From: Gammaproteobacteria bacterium
GTDB lineage: Bacteria; Pseudomonadota; Gammaproteobacteria; DRLM01
Assembly: GCA_023266095.1 (NCBI GenBank)
Contig: JAHFRV010000012.1
Span: forward strand, 5,042-69,041
Direction: 5' to 3'
Length of the DNA: 64,000 bases
Shown here: piece by piece, positions 36,071-45,291 of the stretch
Numbering within the stretch: position 1 is the stretch's first letter
Layout of the letters: every line of letters starts with the position of its first letter
Program-made: the position numbers and the translations under genes
The notes under the pieces: generated by a model
The model's database searches: none
The model's input: the letters and a program-made list of their open reading frames with translations, nothing else
Told to the model about the DNA's origin: nothing

Positions 36071-38908
36071 ATGCAAACACAAACCACCAGTCAAATCCTG
36101 CCGGCCGTTCTGCCGGCATTTCAGACGCCCGCCGAGACGCGCTACCAGGTGATCCGGCGTGACGGCAGCTTGACGCCGTTCGAGGCGAGCAAAATCAGCG
36201 TCGCCATGACCAAGGCTTTCCTCGCCGTGGAGGGCGAGGACGCCGCCACTTCGCGCCGCATCCGGGAAATCGTCGAGCAATTGACCGCTCAAGTCGGCGA
36301 CGCCTTGTTTCGCCGTCTCGCCGCGGGCGGCGCGGTACACATCGAGGCCATCCAGGATCAAGTGGAATTGGCCTTGATGCGGGAAGGCCATTACCGGGTG
36401 GCCCGTGCCTATGTGTTGTATCGCGAAGAGCACGCGCGGCGTCGGCAAGCGCGAATGGAACAGGATGCGGTGCCCGCCGCGCCGGTGCTGTACATTCGCT
36501 TGAACGACGGCAACCGCGCGCCGCTCGACTTGGCGCGTTTGAATGACGTGGTGCGGGAGGCGTGCGAGGGTCTCGCCCCAGTCAGCGCGGAACGCATACT
36601 CAAAGAGACGGTGAGCAATCTCTACGACGGCATTCCGGAAAAAGATGTCGCGACGGCCTTGATCATGAGCGCGCGGGTGCTCATCGAAAAAGACCCGGAC
36701 TATTCGCAGGCGACGGCGCGTCTGCTGCTCGACGCCATGCGCCGCGAAGCGCTGAGTTTTATCGCCGGGCATGATGAAACCGCGACCCGCGCCGAAATGC
36801 AGGCGCGTTATCCGGGCTATTTCGCCGCGTATATCCAGCGTGCCGCCGAGCTGGAACTGCTGGACAAGGAACTCACTCGTTTTGATCTGGCCAGACTGGG
36901 CGCGGTGCTCCGGCCGGAGCGCGATCTGCAATTCACCTACCTCGGCCTGCAAACGCTTTACGATCGTTATTTCCTCCATCAACAAGGCGTGCGTTTTGAA
37001 TTGCCGCAGGCCTTTTTCATGCGGGTCGCCATGGGGCTCGCCATCAAGGAGATCGACCGGGAAGGCCGCGCCATCGAATTCTATGAGCTGCTGTCGTCCT
37101 TCGATTTCATGAGTTCGACGCCGACCCTGTTCAATTCGGGCACGTCGCGGCCGCAGCTGTCGTCCTGTTATCTCACCACCATCCCCGACGCGCTCGACGG
37201 CATTTACAGCGCCATCAAAGACAATGCGCTGCTGTCGAAATTCGCGGGCGGACTCGGCAACGACTGGACCCGGGTGCGCGGTCTCGGCGCGTTTATCAAA
37301 GGCACTAACGGCAGTTCGCAGGGCGTGGTGCCGTTCCTCAAGGTCGCCAACGACACCGCGGTGGCCGTCAATCAGGGCGGCAAACGCAAGGGCGCAGTGT
37401 GCGCCTATCTGGAAACCTGGCATATCGACATCCAGGATTTTCTCGAACTGCGCAAGAACACCGGCGACGACCGCCGCCGCACCCATGACATGAACACCGC
37501 CCATTGGATACCCGACCTGTTCATGGAACGCGTCTGCGAGGATAAGCAATGGAGCCTGTTTTCACCGGACGAAGTGCCGGAATTGCACGACCTCACCGGC
37601 GCCGCCTTCCGCGAAAAATATCTGGCCTATGAAGCCAAGGCGGCGCGCGGTGAGATCAAGGTCTGGAAGCGGATTTCAGCCGTGACGCTCTGGCGCAAGA
37701 TGCTCGGCCAGTTGTTCGAGACCGGTCATCCCTGGCTCACCTTCAAAGACCCCTGCAATCTGCGTTACACCAATCAGCATATGGGGGTGGTGCATTCGTC
37801 CAATCTCTGCACCGAGATCACCTTGCACACCTCGGATGCGGAAATCGCGGTCTGCAATCTGGGCTCGGTGAATCTGGCCGCCCATGTCGATGAAAACGGC
37901 CTCGATCTCGCCAAGCTGGAAAAAACCATAGGCACCGCGATGCGCATGCTCGATAACGTTATCGACTACAACTATTACGCCGTGCCGCAGGCGCGCTATT
38001 CCAATCTGCGCCATCGTCCGGTGGGTTTGGGTTTGATGGGTTTTCAGGATGCGCTGTATAAACTCGGTTACGCCTATGACAGCGCGCAGGCCATCAGCTT
38101 CGCCGACCGCAGCATGGAGGCGATCGCGTTTTACGCCATTCGAGCCAGTACCGATCTGGCGGAAGAGCGGGGCAGTTACTCGACTTTCAAAGGTTCGCTG
38201 TGGAGCCGCGGCATCCTACCCATCGACTCGCAAGACTTGCTCAAGCAGCAGCGCGGCGAATATTTGCAAACCGATGCCGGCGCCACCCTGGATTGGGACG
38301 CGCTGCGAACGCGTGTGCAACAGGTCGGCATGCGTAACAGCAACTGCCTGGCCATCGCGCCGACCGCCACCATCTCCAATATCTGCGGCGTGAGCCAGTC
38401 CATTGAACCCACGTACCAAAATCTGTTCGTGAAATCCAACCTGTCCGGCGAGTTCAGTGTGATCAATCCCTATCTCGTGCGGGATTTGAAGGCCTTGGAT
38501 TTGTGGGACGAAGTGATGGTCAACGATCTCAAATATTTCGACGGGTCGATTAAGGCCATAGACCGGATTCCCGATGAGTTGAAGCGCAAATACGCCACCG
38601 CTTTCGAGATCGATCCGCGTGCGCTGATCGAGGCGGCCGGCCGCCGCCAAAAATGGCTGGACCAATCGCAGTCGCTTAATCTGTATCTGGCCGAACCCAA
38701 CGGCCCGTTGCTGGACCAGCTCTACAAACTGGCCTGGCTGCGCGGTCTGAAAACCACCTATTACTTGCGTACCTTGGGCGCGACCCATGTCGAAAAATCC
38801 GGCGCCGCGGCACACCGTGCCGAGACCGCCGACGTGATCGGCATGACCGAGGTGAATAGCGCGAAAATCTGCGCCATCACGGACCCGGCTTGCGAAGCCT
38901 GTCAGTAA
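36071..38908 (+). CDS. nrdA: class Ia ribonucleotide reductase alpha subunit (long form with N-terminal ATP-cone region)
   Basis: 945 aa. ATP-cone VIRRDGSLTPFEASKI, active-site NLCTEI, and C-terminal redox Cys pair (..CEAC). AGGAAAGAGGGGA SD before ATG 36071. Confidence 0.95.
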   Translation: MQTQTTSQILPAVLPAFQTPAETRYQVIRRDGSLTPFEASKISVAMTKAFLAVEGEDAATSRRIREIVEQLTAQVGDALFRRLAAGGAVHIEAIQDQVELALMREGHYRVARAYVLYREEHARRRQARMEQDAVPAAPVLYIRLNDGNRAPLDLARLNDVVREACEGLAPVSAERILKETVSNLYDGIPEKDVATALIMSARVLIEKDPDYSQATARLLLDAMRREALSFIAGHDETATRAEMQARYPGYFAAYIQRAAELELLDKELTRFDLARLGAVLRPERDLQFTYLGLQTLYDRYFLHQQGVRFELPQAFFMRVAMGLAIKEIDREGRAIEFYELLSSFDFMSSTPTLFNSGTSRPQLSSCYLTTIPDALDGIYSAIKDNALLSKFAGGLGNDWTRVRGLGAFIKGTNGSSQGVVPFLKVANDTAVAVNQGGKRKGAVCAYLETWHIDIQDFLELRKNTGDDRRRTHDMNTAHWIPDLFMERVCEDKQWSLFSPDEVPELHDLTGAAFREKYLAYEAKAARGEIKVWKRISAVTLWRKMLGQLFETGHPWLTFKDPCNLRYTNQHMGVVHSSNLCTEITLHTSDAEIAVCNLGSVNLAAHVDENGLDLAKLEKTIGTAMRMLDNVIDYNYYAVPQARYSNLRHRPVGLGLMGFQDALYKLGYAYDSAQAISFADRSMEAIAFYAIRASTDLAEERGSYSTFKGSLWSRGILPIDSQDLLKQQRGEYLQTDAGATLDWDALRTRVQQVGMRNSNCLAIAPTATISNICGVSQSIEPTYQNLFVKSNLSGEFSVINPYLVRDLKALDLWDEVMVNDLKYFDGSIKAIDRIPDELKRKYATAFEIDPRALIEAAGRRQKWLDQSQSLNLYLAEPNGPLLDQLYKLAWLRGLKTTYYLRTLGATHVEKSGAAAHRAETADVIGMTEVNSAKICAITDPACEACQ

Positions 38909-38925
38909 ACGAGGGAGAATAAACC

Positions 38926-40014
38926 ATGCTGAATTGGGATGAAGAGATCGCAACGACTGCGCAGCAGCCCGGACTTATAACGCCGCTGCGGCCGACCGCC
39001 GGCGCGGCCTTGGCGCCGATAACCGCCAACGATAAACGTGTAGTCAACGGCGCCGGTGACATCAATCAGCTGGCGCCGTTCAAATATCCCTGGGCCTGGA
39101 AATATTTCATCAACGCCAACAAGAACCATTGGACGCCGCTCGACATCAACCTGTCGCAGGACGTCCACGATTATCACCACGCGCTGACGCCCGCCGAACG
39201 GCATGTCTACGAAAACGTGCTGGCCTATCTCACCACCTCGGACATTCTCGCCATGCGCAACATCGGTCTGGCGGTAATGGAAAAGATGACCGCGCCCGAG
39301 TTGCAGATTTATCAGGCCCGCCAGGTTTACGAAGAGGCGCTGCACACCTGGACTTATCAGCATTGCATCGAAACCCTCGGTCTCGATCAAGCTGAAATCT
39401 ACAACCGCTACCGGGTCGTGCCGGAGATCCATCACAAAATTCAAATCGCCAACCGCCGGCTGAACGATATCCTGCGCCCTAATATCGATTTGACGCAGCC
39501 GCATGAATTGGAAAATTTCGTGATGTCGTATCTGTTTTTCGCCGCGGTATTCGAGGGCTGCTGGTTCTACAACGGCTTCAGCCCGATTTTCGCGTTGCAA
39601 CGGCGCGGGCTGATGAAGGGCACCGCCGAACAATTGCAATACATCATGCGCGACGAAGTGATGCACTGCGGCTTCGGCCTGCGCGTCATCAAACAGATAC
39701 TCCTGGAAAATCCTATCGTGCTCGATAAAAGCGCCGTCATGGCGATGTGGCGGGAGGCCGAGGCCGCCGAAGCCGCTTACGCGGGCTATCTGTTCCGTGA
39801 GCCCATCCTGGGTTATAGCGTCGAGAGTCACCTCGAGCAGTTCCGCTACATCGCCAATCGCCGCGCCCGCCAGTTGGACATGGACGAGCCCTTTCCGGGT
39901 GCGGAGTGCCGGCTGGCCTGGCTCGATGAACAATCCAATATCCGCAAGGAGAAAAATTTCTTTGAGACCAAAGTGACGGAATACCAAACCGGCGGGTCTT
40001 TGCATTGGGGTTAG
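38926..40014 (+). CDS. nrdB: class Ia ribonucleotide reductase beta subunit
   Basis: Di-iron/tyrosyl-radical motifs (EALHTWTY, FFAAVFEG, RDEVMHCGF). 17 nt after nrdA. Confidence 0.95.
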   Translation: MLNWDEEIATTAQQPGLITPLRPTAGAALAPITANDKRVVNGAGDINQLAPFKYPWAWKYFINANKNHWTPLDINLSQDVHDYHHALTPAERHVYENVLAYLTTSDILAMRNIGLAVMEKMTAPELQIYQARQVYEEALHTWTYQHCIETLGLDQAEIYNRYRVVPEIHHKIQIANRRLNDILRPNIDLTQPHELENFVMSYLFFAAVFEGCWFYNGFSPIFALQRRGLMKGTAEQLQYIMRDEVMHCGFGLRVIKQILLENPIVLDKSAVMAMWREAEAAEAAYAGYLFREPILGYSVESHLEQFRYIANRRARQLDMDEPFPGAECRLAWLDEQSNIRKEKNFFETKVTEYQTGGSLHWG

Positions 40015-40183
40015 TGGAGATATCGGCGTCCGGTCCGATGTGTCGGTTTGTTTTTAAGAACGGGCCTGGCGGAGCGGCGTTTCACCTGAATGGGGAAAAT
40101 GTGCTTGACCCCGCGCAAGCGGGGCCTTATCCTCGCCAATAACACGATATATTGCATTGTAATATCCCCGAGGAGGCGCTTTT

Positions 40184-40357
40184 ATGTCCTGCGACAGCGC
40201 TGATCAGCGGCGTACCCACCATCAGGTGATTGCCGGTGTCGCGCAATTGGAAAGCGATGATAAAACGTGTATTTGCGACTGTGCCGTGGTCAAGGCGGTC
40301 ACCGCCGGCGGGAAGGCCGCGTTGGTCGATCTGCCCATCGCCGAGAAAATCGACTAG
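40184..40357 (+). CDS. unannotated 57-aa Cys-rich hypothetical protein
   Basis: Below the track length cut-off. GAGGAGG sits 6 nt upstream of ATG 40184. Translation MSCDSADQRRTHHQVIAGVAQLESDDKTCICDCAVVKAVTAGGKAALVDLPIAEKID, with no family recognised. Confidence 0.4.
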   Translation: MSCDSADQRRTHHQVIAGVAQLESDDKTCICDCAVVKAVTAGGKAALVDLPIAEKID

Positions 40358-40409
40358 GCGGACAACAACCGTCAAAAGAGTCTCTAGCGGACACTGGGAG
40401 GTAATTAAT

Positions 40410-40751
40410 ATGAATACGAAACCAAACCTTCATTTAGACCCCGTGCGGGTTGCCCGCTCTGCCGAAATCGCTTTCTACGCCATACAGGCAACGCTGCTCA
40501 TCGGAGGGCACATCTTCTTTCACCAAGGCCCGTTCACTTTGCAAGATACCGCCTTCATGACCTTGGGCGTTGTCTTCGGCCTCATGGCCTTGTGCGCTGC
40601 AACACCCCTGAGTACTTCCTTGTGGCGTGCGGAGCGCGGCGCTATCGCAGAAATGCCGCAATGCTTCACCAGTGAGGTGGTCGCGTTAAACGGCCATGCA
40701 CGGCGCGGTGATGCCGCGAATTCCGACAGCGAACCGCGCCGCGCCGCATAA
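40410..40751 (+). CDS. 113-aa hypothetical membrane protein (2 predicted TM)
   Basis: GGGAGG sits 7 nt upstream of ATG 40410. Two hydrophobic helices (AFYAIQATLLIGGHIFF, FMTLGVVFGLMALCAA). The longer track ORF from 40230 has an Arg-rich, noise-like N-terminus. Confidence 0.45.
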   Translation: MNTKPNLHLDPVRVARSAEIAFYAIQATLLIGGHIFFHQGPFTLQDTAFMTLGVVFGLMALCAATPLSTSLWRAERGAIAEMPQCFTSEVVALNGHARRGDAANSDSEPRRAA

Positions 40752-40784
40752 GTGCGTCGGCGCTACGCGGCTACGGACTTTACA

Positions 40785-40820
40785 CGAGCACCCCGTGTCA
40801 CACGGGGTGCTCGTCTTATG
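40785..40820. terminator. 13-bp perfect hairpin between convergent genes
   Basis: cgagcaccccgtg (40785-40797) / cacggggtgctcg (40801-40813) with a 3-nt loop, followed by tcttatg. Lies between the + strand small ORFs and minus-strand maf. Confidence 0.6.
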
Positions 40821-40844
40821 CTGTTACGCTTTATGCAAGCGGTG

Positions 40845-41423
40845 TTAGATGACGGACACATTTTCCTGCTCTAGCATCCGTATCAGACGGATGAGCGGCA
40901 GGCCGATGACGGCGCTGGGGTCTTCACCGTCGAAGCGTTCGCAGAGGGCAACGCCCAAGGCTTCCGATTTAAACGAGCCGGCGCAGTGATAGGGCTGTTC
41001 GCGGCGTAAATAATTTTCGATTTGTTGGTCACTCAAGTAACGAAATACCACGCCGAAGAAAACAACCTCGATCTGCATACTACTCGATGCGGCGTTGAAC
41101 AGACACAGGCCCGTGAGAAAATCCAGCCGTTTGCCGGAGGCCAGACGCAGTTGCGCGACAGCGCGTTCATGATTGCCGGGTTTGCCTAGTATCTGGCCGT
41201 CGATCACCGCCACTTGATCGGAACCGATGATCAGTGCGCCGGGATATCGCGCGGCGACGGCGCGGGCTTTGAGTTCAGCGAGCCGCCGCACCAGTTGCGG
41301 CGGTGTTTCATCGGGCAACGGTGTTTCATCCACCTTCGGCGCGGCGGTGATGAACGGCAGACCGAGGCGGGCCAGCAATTCCTTACGATAAACCGAAGTC
41401 GAGGCGAGCACGAGGGTTGGCAT
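40845..41423 (-). CDS. maf: Maf-like nucleoside triphosphate pyrophosphatase (YceF type)
   Basis: LVLASTSVYRKELLARLGLPF..., GSDQV, and the SF.... family pattern. 192 aa. Confidence 0.85.
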   Translation of the reverse strand: MPTLVLASTSVYRKELLARLGLPFITAAPKVDETPLPDETPPQLVRRLAELKARAVAARYPGALIIGSDQVAVIDGQILGKPGNHERAVAQLRLASGKRLDFLTGLCLFNAASSSMQIEVVFFGVVFRYLSDQQIENYLRREQPYHCAGSFKSEALGVALCERFDGEDPSAVIGLPLIRLIRMLEQENVSVI

Positions 41424-41500
41424 GATATGCGGATTAAGCCACGGAGATAGTGAAGTGTGAGGTTTTATTCATGTCTTTTTCGAACGATGACGTAGGAGTT

Positions 41501-41528
41501 TATAACCTATTTCAAAATTGGAATTTGG
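41501..41528 (+). repeat. IS terminal-repeat motif, solo copy 3 (tataacctatttcaaaattggaatttgg)
   Basis: Same motif as 12325-12353 and 9891-9917. Sits in an AT-rich spacer between maf and the carboxyltransferase gene. Confidence 0.45.
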
Positions 41529-41758
41529 TCTGCAAATTGGTTAACGACCCATAGTGAAATCCGTATTCTCGGAAGAATAACTGGCAGGGGGAGGGTGCCG
41601 ATGAGTCGCGATTCACTTCCCCTCTTCCTGTCCCTCTCCACAAGGGAGGAGGGGATGCATGAACGGGTTTCATAACGCCGGACAGGCAATACCTCGATTT
41701 TCTTTTGCCCCTTATCTTAAATTCTTTTTCTCCGTGTTCCCCGTGGCTAATCCCCGCT

Positions 41759-43585
41759 TTACGCAATCTCGATCAGCGCTTCGTCCGGATTCACCGTGTC
41801 CCCCTTGGCCACATGCACGGCGGTCACTTTGCCGGTGATCGGTGCATGCACTTCGGTTTCCATTTTCATGGCTTCGGTGATCAACACCGGATCGCCTTCT
41901 TTTACCTCGTCGCCCACTTTGACCAAGACATCGACGATGGTGCCGGGCATGGAGGTAGTGACGTGGCCGGGGGCTTGGGCCTTGGGCCGGCGGCTGCCCT
42001 TCATGCTGCGGCCGCCGTTGTTATCGGAGGCGTCGAGTTCTTCGAGGGTCTCCACCATGATTTCTTCGGGGCTGCCGTCCACCGATACATAAAACGGGCG
42101 GAGGTTTTGATTTTTGTGACCGGCGCCGGTGACCCGGATGTGATACGTCTCGCCGTGCATGGTGACGTTGAATTCCACCGGTACCGAACCGGGCTGCGCA
42201 CCGGCCGCCGCGCCGGCCTCTTCCAGCGGCTCGGGCATCAAGGTGCCGGCCTTGCGTTGTTCGAGAAAAATCCGGCCGATCTCCGGGAACATGGCGTAGC
42301 TCAATACATCTTCATCGCTGGCGGCCAGTTCACCGATCTCGTCCTGGAGCGTGTGCATTTCGGCTTTGAGCAGATCGGCGGGACGCACGTCGATGATGTC
42401 TTCGTTACCGATGGCCTGCTGACGAACAATATGATTGACCGTGCCCGGCGGCCGGCCGTAGCGGCCTTGCAGATAGAATTTCACTTCGTTGGTGATGCTC
42501 TTGTAACGGCTGCCGGTGATGACGTTGAGCACCGCCTGGGTGCCGACGATCTGCGAGGTGGGAGTCACCAGCGGCGGATAACCCAAGTCTTCGCGCACCC
42601 GCGGCACTTCGTCGAGCACCTCGTTCATGCGGTCGAGCGCGCCTTGCTCGCGGAGTTGATTGGCGAGGTTGGAGATCATGCCGCCGGGGATTTGATTGAC
42701 CTGCACGCGGGTGTCGACGCCGGTGAATTCGCTTTCGAAGCGGCGGTATTTTTTGCGCACCGCGTAAAAATACAGGCCGATCTCTTGTAACAAGGGCAGG
42801 TCGAGGCCGCTGTCGTAGTCGCTGCCTTTCAGCGCCGCCACCATGCTTTCGGTAGCGGGATGACTGGTGCCGCCGGAAAACGGCGACATAGCGGTGTCGA
42901 TGTGAGCGCAGCCGTTTTCGATGGCCTTCAACTGGCACATGGTGGCGAGGCCGGCGGTAGCGTGGGAATGCAAATGTATAGGCAGTTTGACCGCTTGTTT
43001 CAGCGCTTTCACCAAGTCCGCCGTCACATAGGGCGTTAGCAGACCCGCCATGTCTTTGATGGCGAGGCTGTCGCAACCCATGGTTTCCAGTTCACGCGCC
43101 AGGCTGACGAATTGCTCGATGCCATGCACCGGGCTGGTGGTATAGCAAATCGTACCTTGTGCGTGTTTGCCGGCGGCCTTCACCGCCTCGATGGAGACGC
43201 GCAGGTTACGCACGTCGTTCAGCGCGTCGAAGATGCGGAATACATCCATGCCGTTGGCGGCGGCGCGCGCGACGAAGGCGCGCACCACATCGTCGGAATA
43301 ATGGCGATAGCCGAGTAGATTCTGGCCGCGCAGCAGCATTTGCAAACGGGTGGTGGGCAGGGCCGCCCGCAGTATACGCAGGCGTTCCCAAGGATCCTCT
43401 TTCAAATAACGCAGACAGCTGTCGAAGGTGGCACCGCCCCACATTTCCAAGGACCAGAAACCCACTTTGTCGAGTTTGGCGCAGATCGGCAGCATGTCCT
43501 CGGTGCGCATGCGGGTGGCGATCAGCGATTGATGGGCGTCTCGCAGTATGGTCTCGGTGATTTGAACGCGCGGCATGTTACTCAC
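41759..43585 (-). CDS. pycB: pyruvate carboxylase subunit B (carboxyltransferase + biotinyl domain); oxaloacetate decarboxylase alpha-like
   Basis: TIM-barrel carboxyltransferase N-terminus (ITETILRDAHQSL), C-terminal biotin attachment EAMKME. Adjacent to a stand-alone biotin carboxylase. Confidence 0.8.
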   Translation of the reverse strand: MSNMPRVQITETILRDAHQSLIATRMRTEDMLPICAKLDKVGFWSLEMWGGATFDSCLRYLKEDPWERLRILRAALPTTRLQMLLRGQNLLGYRHYSDDVVRAFVARAAANGMDVFRIFDALNDVRNLRVSIEAVKAAGKHAQGTICYTTSPVHGIEQFVSLARELETMGCDSLAIKDMAGLLTPYVTADLVKALKQAVKLPIHLHSHATAGLATMCQLKAIENGCAHIDTAMSPFSGGTSHPATESMVAALKGSDYDSGLDLPLLQEIGLYFYAVRKKYRRFESEFTGVDTRVQVNQIPGGMISNLANQLREQGALDRMNEVLDEVPRVREDLGYPPLVTPTSQIVGTQAVLNVITGSRYKSITNEVKFYLQGRYGRPPGTVNHIVRQQAIGNEDIIDVRPADLLKAEMHTLQDEIGELAASDEDVLSYAMFPEIGRIFLEQRKAGTLMPEPLEEAGAAAGAQPGSVPVEFNVTMHGETYHIRVTGAGHKNQNLRPFYVSVDGSPEEIMVETLEELDASDNNGGRSMKGSRRPKAQAPGHVTTSMPGTIVDVLVKVGDEVKEGDPVLITEAMKMETEVHAPITGKVTAVHVAKGDTVNPDEALIEIA

Positions 43586-43633
43586 CTATGGGTTAATGTC
43601 GTCTATATAAATAAAATCCGTTGCCGGCGCGGA

Positions 43634-45052
43634 CTACATGCCCAGTTGCGCGGCGATGGCGGCGCTGATGGCGGCCGCCAATTCGCGGGGCGGCCGGCGC
43701 ACGGAATAATCCGTCAGCTCGGGGTGCATCTCTACAAAGCTGGTGTCGAACTTGCCGGAACGGAATTCGGCCGAGTGCATTATTTCCAGATGATAAGGGA
43801 TAGTGGTTTTCACCCCGTACACCCCGATATCCTTCAAGGCCCGTTCGGCGCGCGCGAGCAGTTGTTCCCAGGTCAGCGCCCACACCGTGAGCTTGGCGCA
43901 CAGGGAATCGTAATGGGGCGGCAATTCATAACCGGTGTAAATCGCCGCGTCGGTGCGCACGCCCGGCCCGCCCGGCGCGAAGTAACGAGTGATGCGGCCG
44001 AAGCTCGGCAGGAAATCGTTTTTGGGGTCTTCGGCGTTGATGCGGAATTCCAGAGCGTAGCCGCGGCGTTTGATGTCGCGCTGGCGGTATTGCAGCGGCA
44101 GGCCGGCGGCGATGCGGATTTGCTCCTGCACGATGTCGATGCCGGTGATTTGTTCGGTGACCGGGTGTTCCACCTGCAGGCGGGTGTTCATTTCCATGAA
44201 ATAAAACTTGCCGTCCTGGTCCATGAGAAATTCCACGGTGCCGGCGTTTTGATATTTGACCGCCTTGGCGGCGCGCACCGCCAGTTTGCCGAGGGTCTTG
44301 CGCTGTTCCTCGCTGAGTTGTGGCGACGGGGCGATCTCCAGCAGCTTTTGATGACGGCGTTGTATCGAACAGTCGCGTTCGAACAGGTGCACGACGTGGC
44401 CGTGGTGATCGGCAAGGATCTGGAATTCAATGTGGCGCGGATTGACGATGCACTTTTCCACGAACACATCGGCGCTGCCGAAGGCCTTGGTGGCCTCGGA
44501 GACCACCCGATCGTAGTTGCGGCGCAGCTCCGCCTCGTTTTCGCAGCGGCGGATGCCGCGCCCGCCGCCGCCGGAAGTGGCCTTGAGCATCACCGGATAA
44601 CCGATCTCGCGGGAAATGCTCGCCGCTTCCTCCACGCCGCTGACGCTGTCTTCACTGCCCGGCGTCACCGGGATGCCGGCCTTGATCATGGCCTTGCGCG
44701 CCTCGACTTTGTCGCCCATCTTACGAATGACGCTGGCGTTGGGGCCGATGAATTGGATGCCGCGCCGGGCGCAGATGTCGGCCAGCATCGGGTTCTCGGA
44801 AAGAAATCCGTAACCGGGATGGAGGGCGTCACAACCGGTGGCCACTGCCAGGTTGACGATGCGGTTGGCGTTGAGATAGCCGGCCACCGAGTCGGGACCG
44901 ATGTTATAGGATTCGTCGGCTTTCTTAAGATGCAGGCTGTGGCGGTCGGCGTCGGTATAAATGGCTACCGAGGTGATGCCCATCTCGGCGCAGGCCCGCA
45001 CGATACGCACCGCGATCTCGCCGCGGTTGGCGATGAGAATCTTCTCAATCAA
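43634..45052 (-). CDS. pycA: pyruvate carboxylase subunit A (biotin carboxylase)
   Basis: KILIANRGEIAVRI, ATP-grasp GGGGRG, and EMNTRLQVEHPVTE. 472 aa. Paired with the carboxyltransferase/BCCP gene 48 nt downstream. Confidence 0.8.
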   Translation of the reverse strand: MIEKILIANRGEIAVRIVRACAEMGITSVAIYTDADRHSLHLKKADESYNIGPDSVAGYLNANRIVNLAVATGCDALHPGYGFLSENPMLADICARRGIQFIGPNASVIRKMGDKVEARKAMIKAGIPVTPGSEDSVSGVEEAASISREIGYPVMLKATSGGGGRGIRRCENEAELRRNYDRVVSEATKAFGSADVFVEKCIVNPRHIEFQILADHHGHVVHLFERDCSIQRRHQKLLEIAPSPQLSEEQRKTLGKLAVRAAKAVKYQNAGTVEFLMDQDGKFYFMEMNTRLQVEHPVTEQITGIDIVQEQIRIAAGLPLQYRQRDIKRRGYALEFRINAEDPKNDFLPSFGRITRYFAPGGPGVRTDAAIYTGYELPPHYDSLCAKLTVWALTWEQLLARAERALKDIGVYGVKTTIPYHLEIMHSAEFRSGKFDTSFVEMHPELTDYSVRRPPRELAAAISAAIAAQLGM

Positions 45053-45253
45053 GGATTTTATTCTCCGGATAGCCAGTGTTATGGGGGGGCATAATTGCGC
45101 TATCCATTTGTTTTAACAGTATCCGGCCTGTAACAAGCATCTCATCATCCTTCGCGCGCGCGTTGCCGGCGGCCAGCTCTCGTTTCTACGGAATTCCCCC
45201 GCCGAAGTCAAGCGCAATTGTCTGGAATCTCAGCAATTTCGGGGTCGATCCCT

Positions 45254-45282
45254 TTGACAGGGCAGCGCGCAAAATATATCAT
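45254..45282 (+). promoter_or_regulatory. near-consensus sigma70 promoter (TTGACA-17 nt-TATCAT) abutting the yceD ATG
   Basis: TTGACA at 45254-45259, 17-nt spacer, TATCAT at 45277-45282. The yceD ATG is at 45292, with no SD in between. Confidence 0.45.
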
Positions 45283-45291
45283 TGCGCACTT

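Noticed and set aside
40127-40375. 82-aa minus-strand ORF overlapping the 57-aa Cys-rich ORF.
   Set aside because: It has no SD and no motif, and it would run head-on into the nrdB end. The plus-strand ORF has a canonical GAGGAGG-ATG arrangement.
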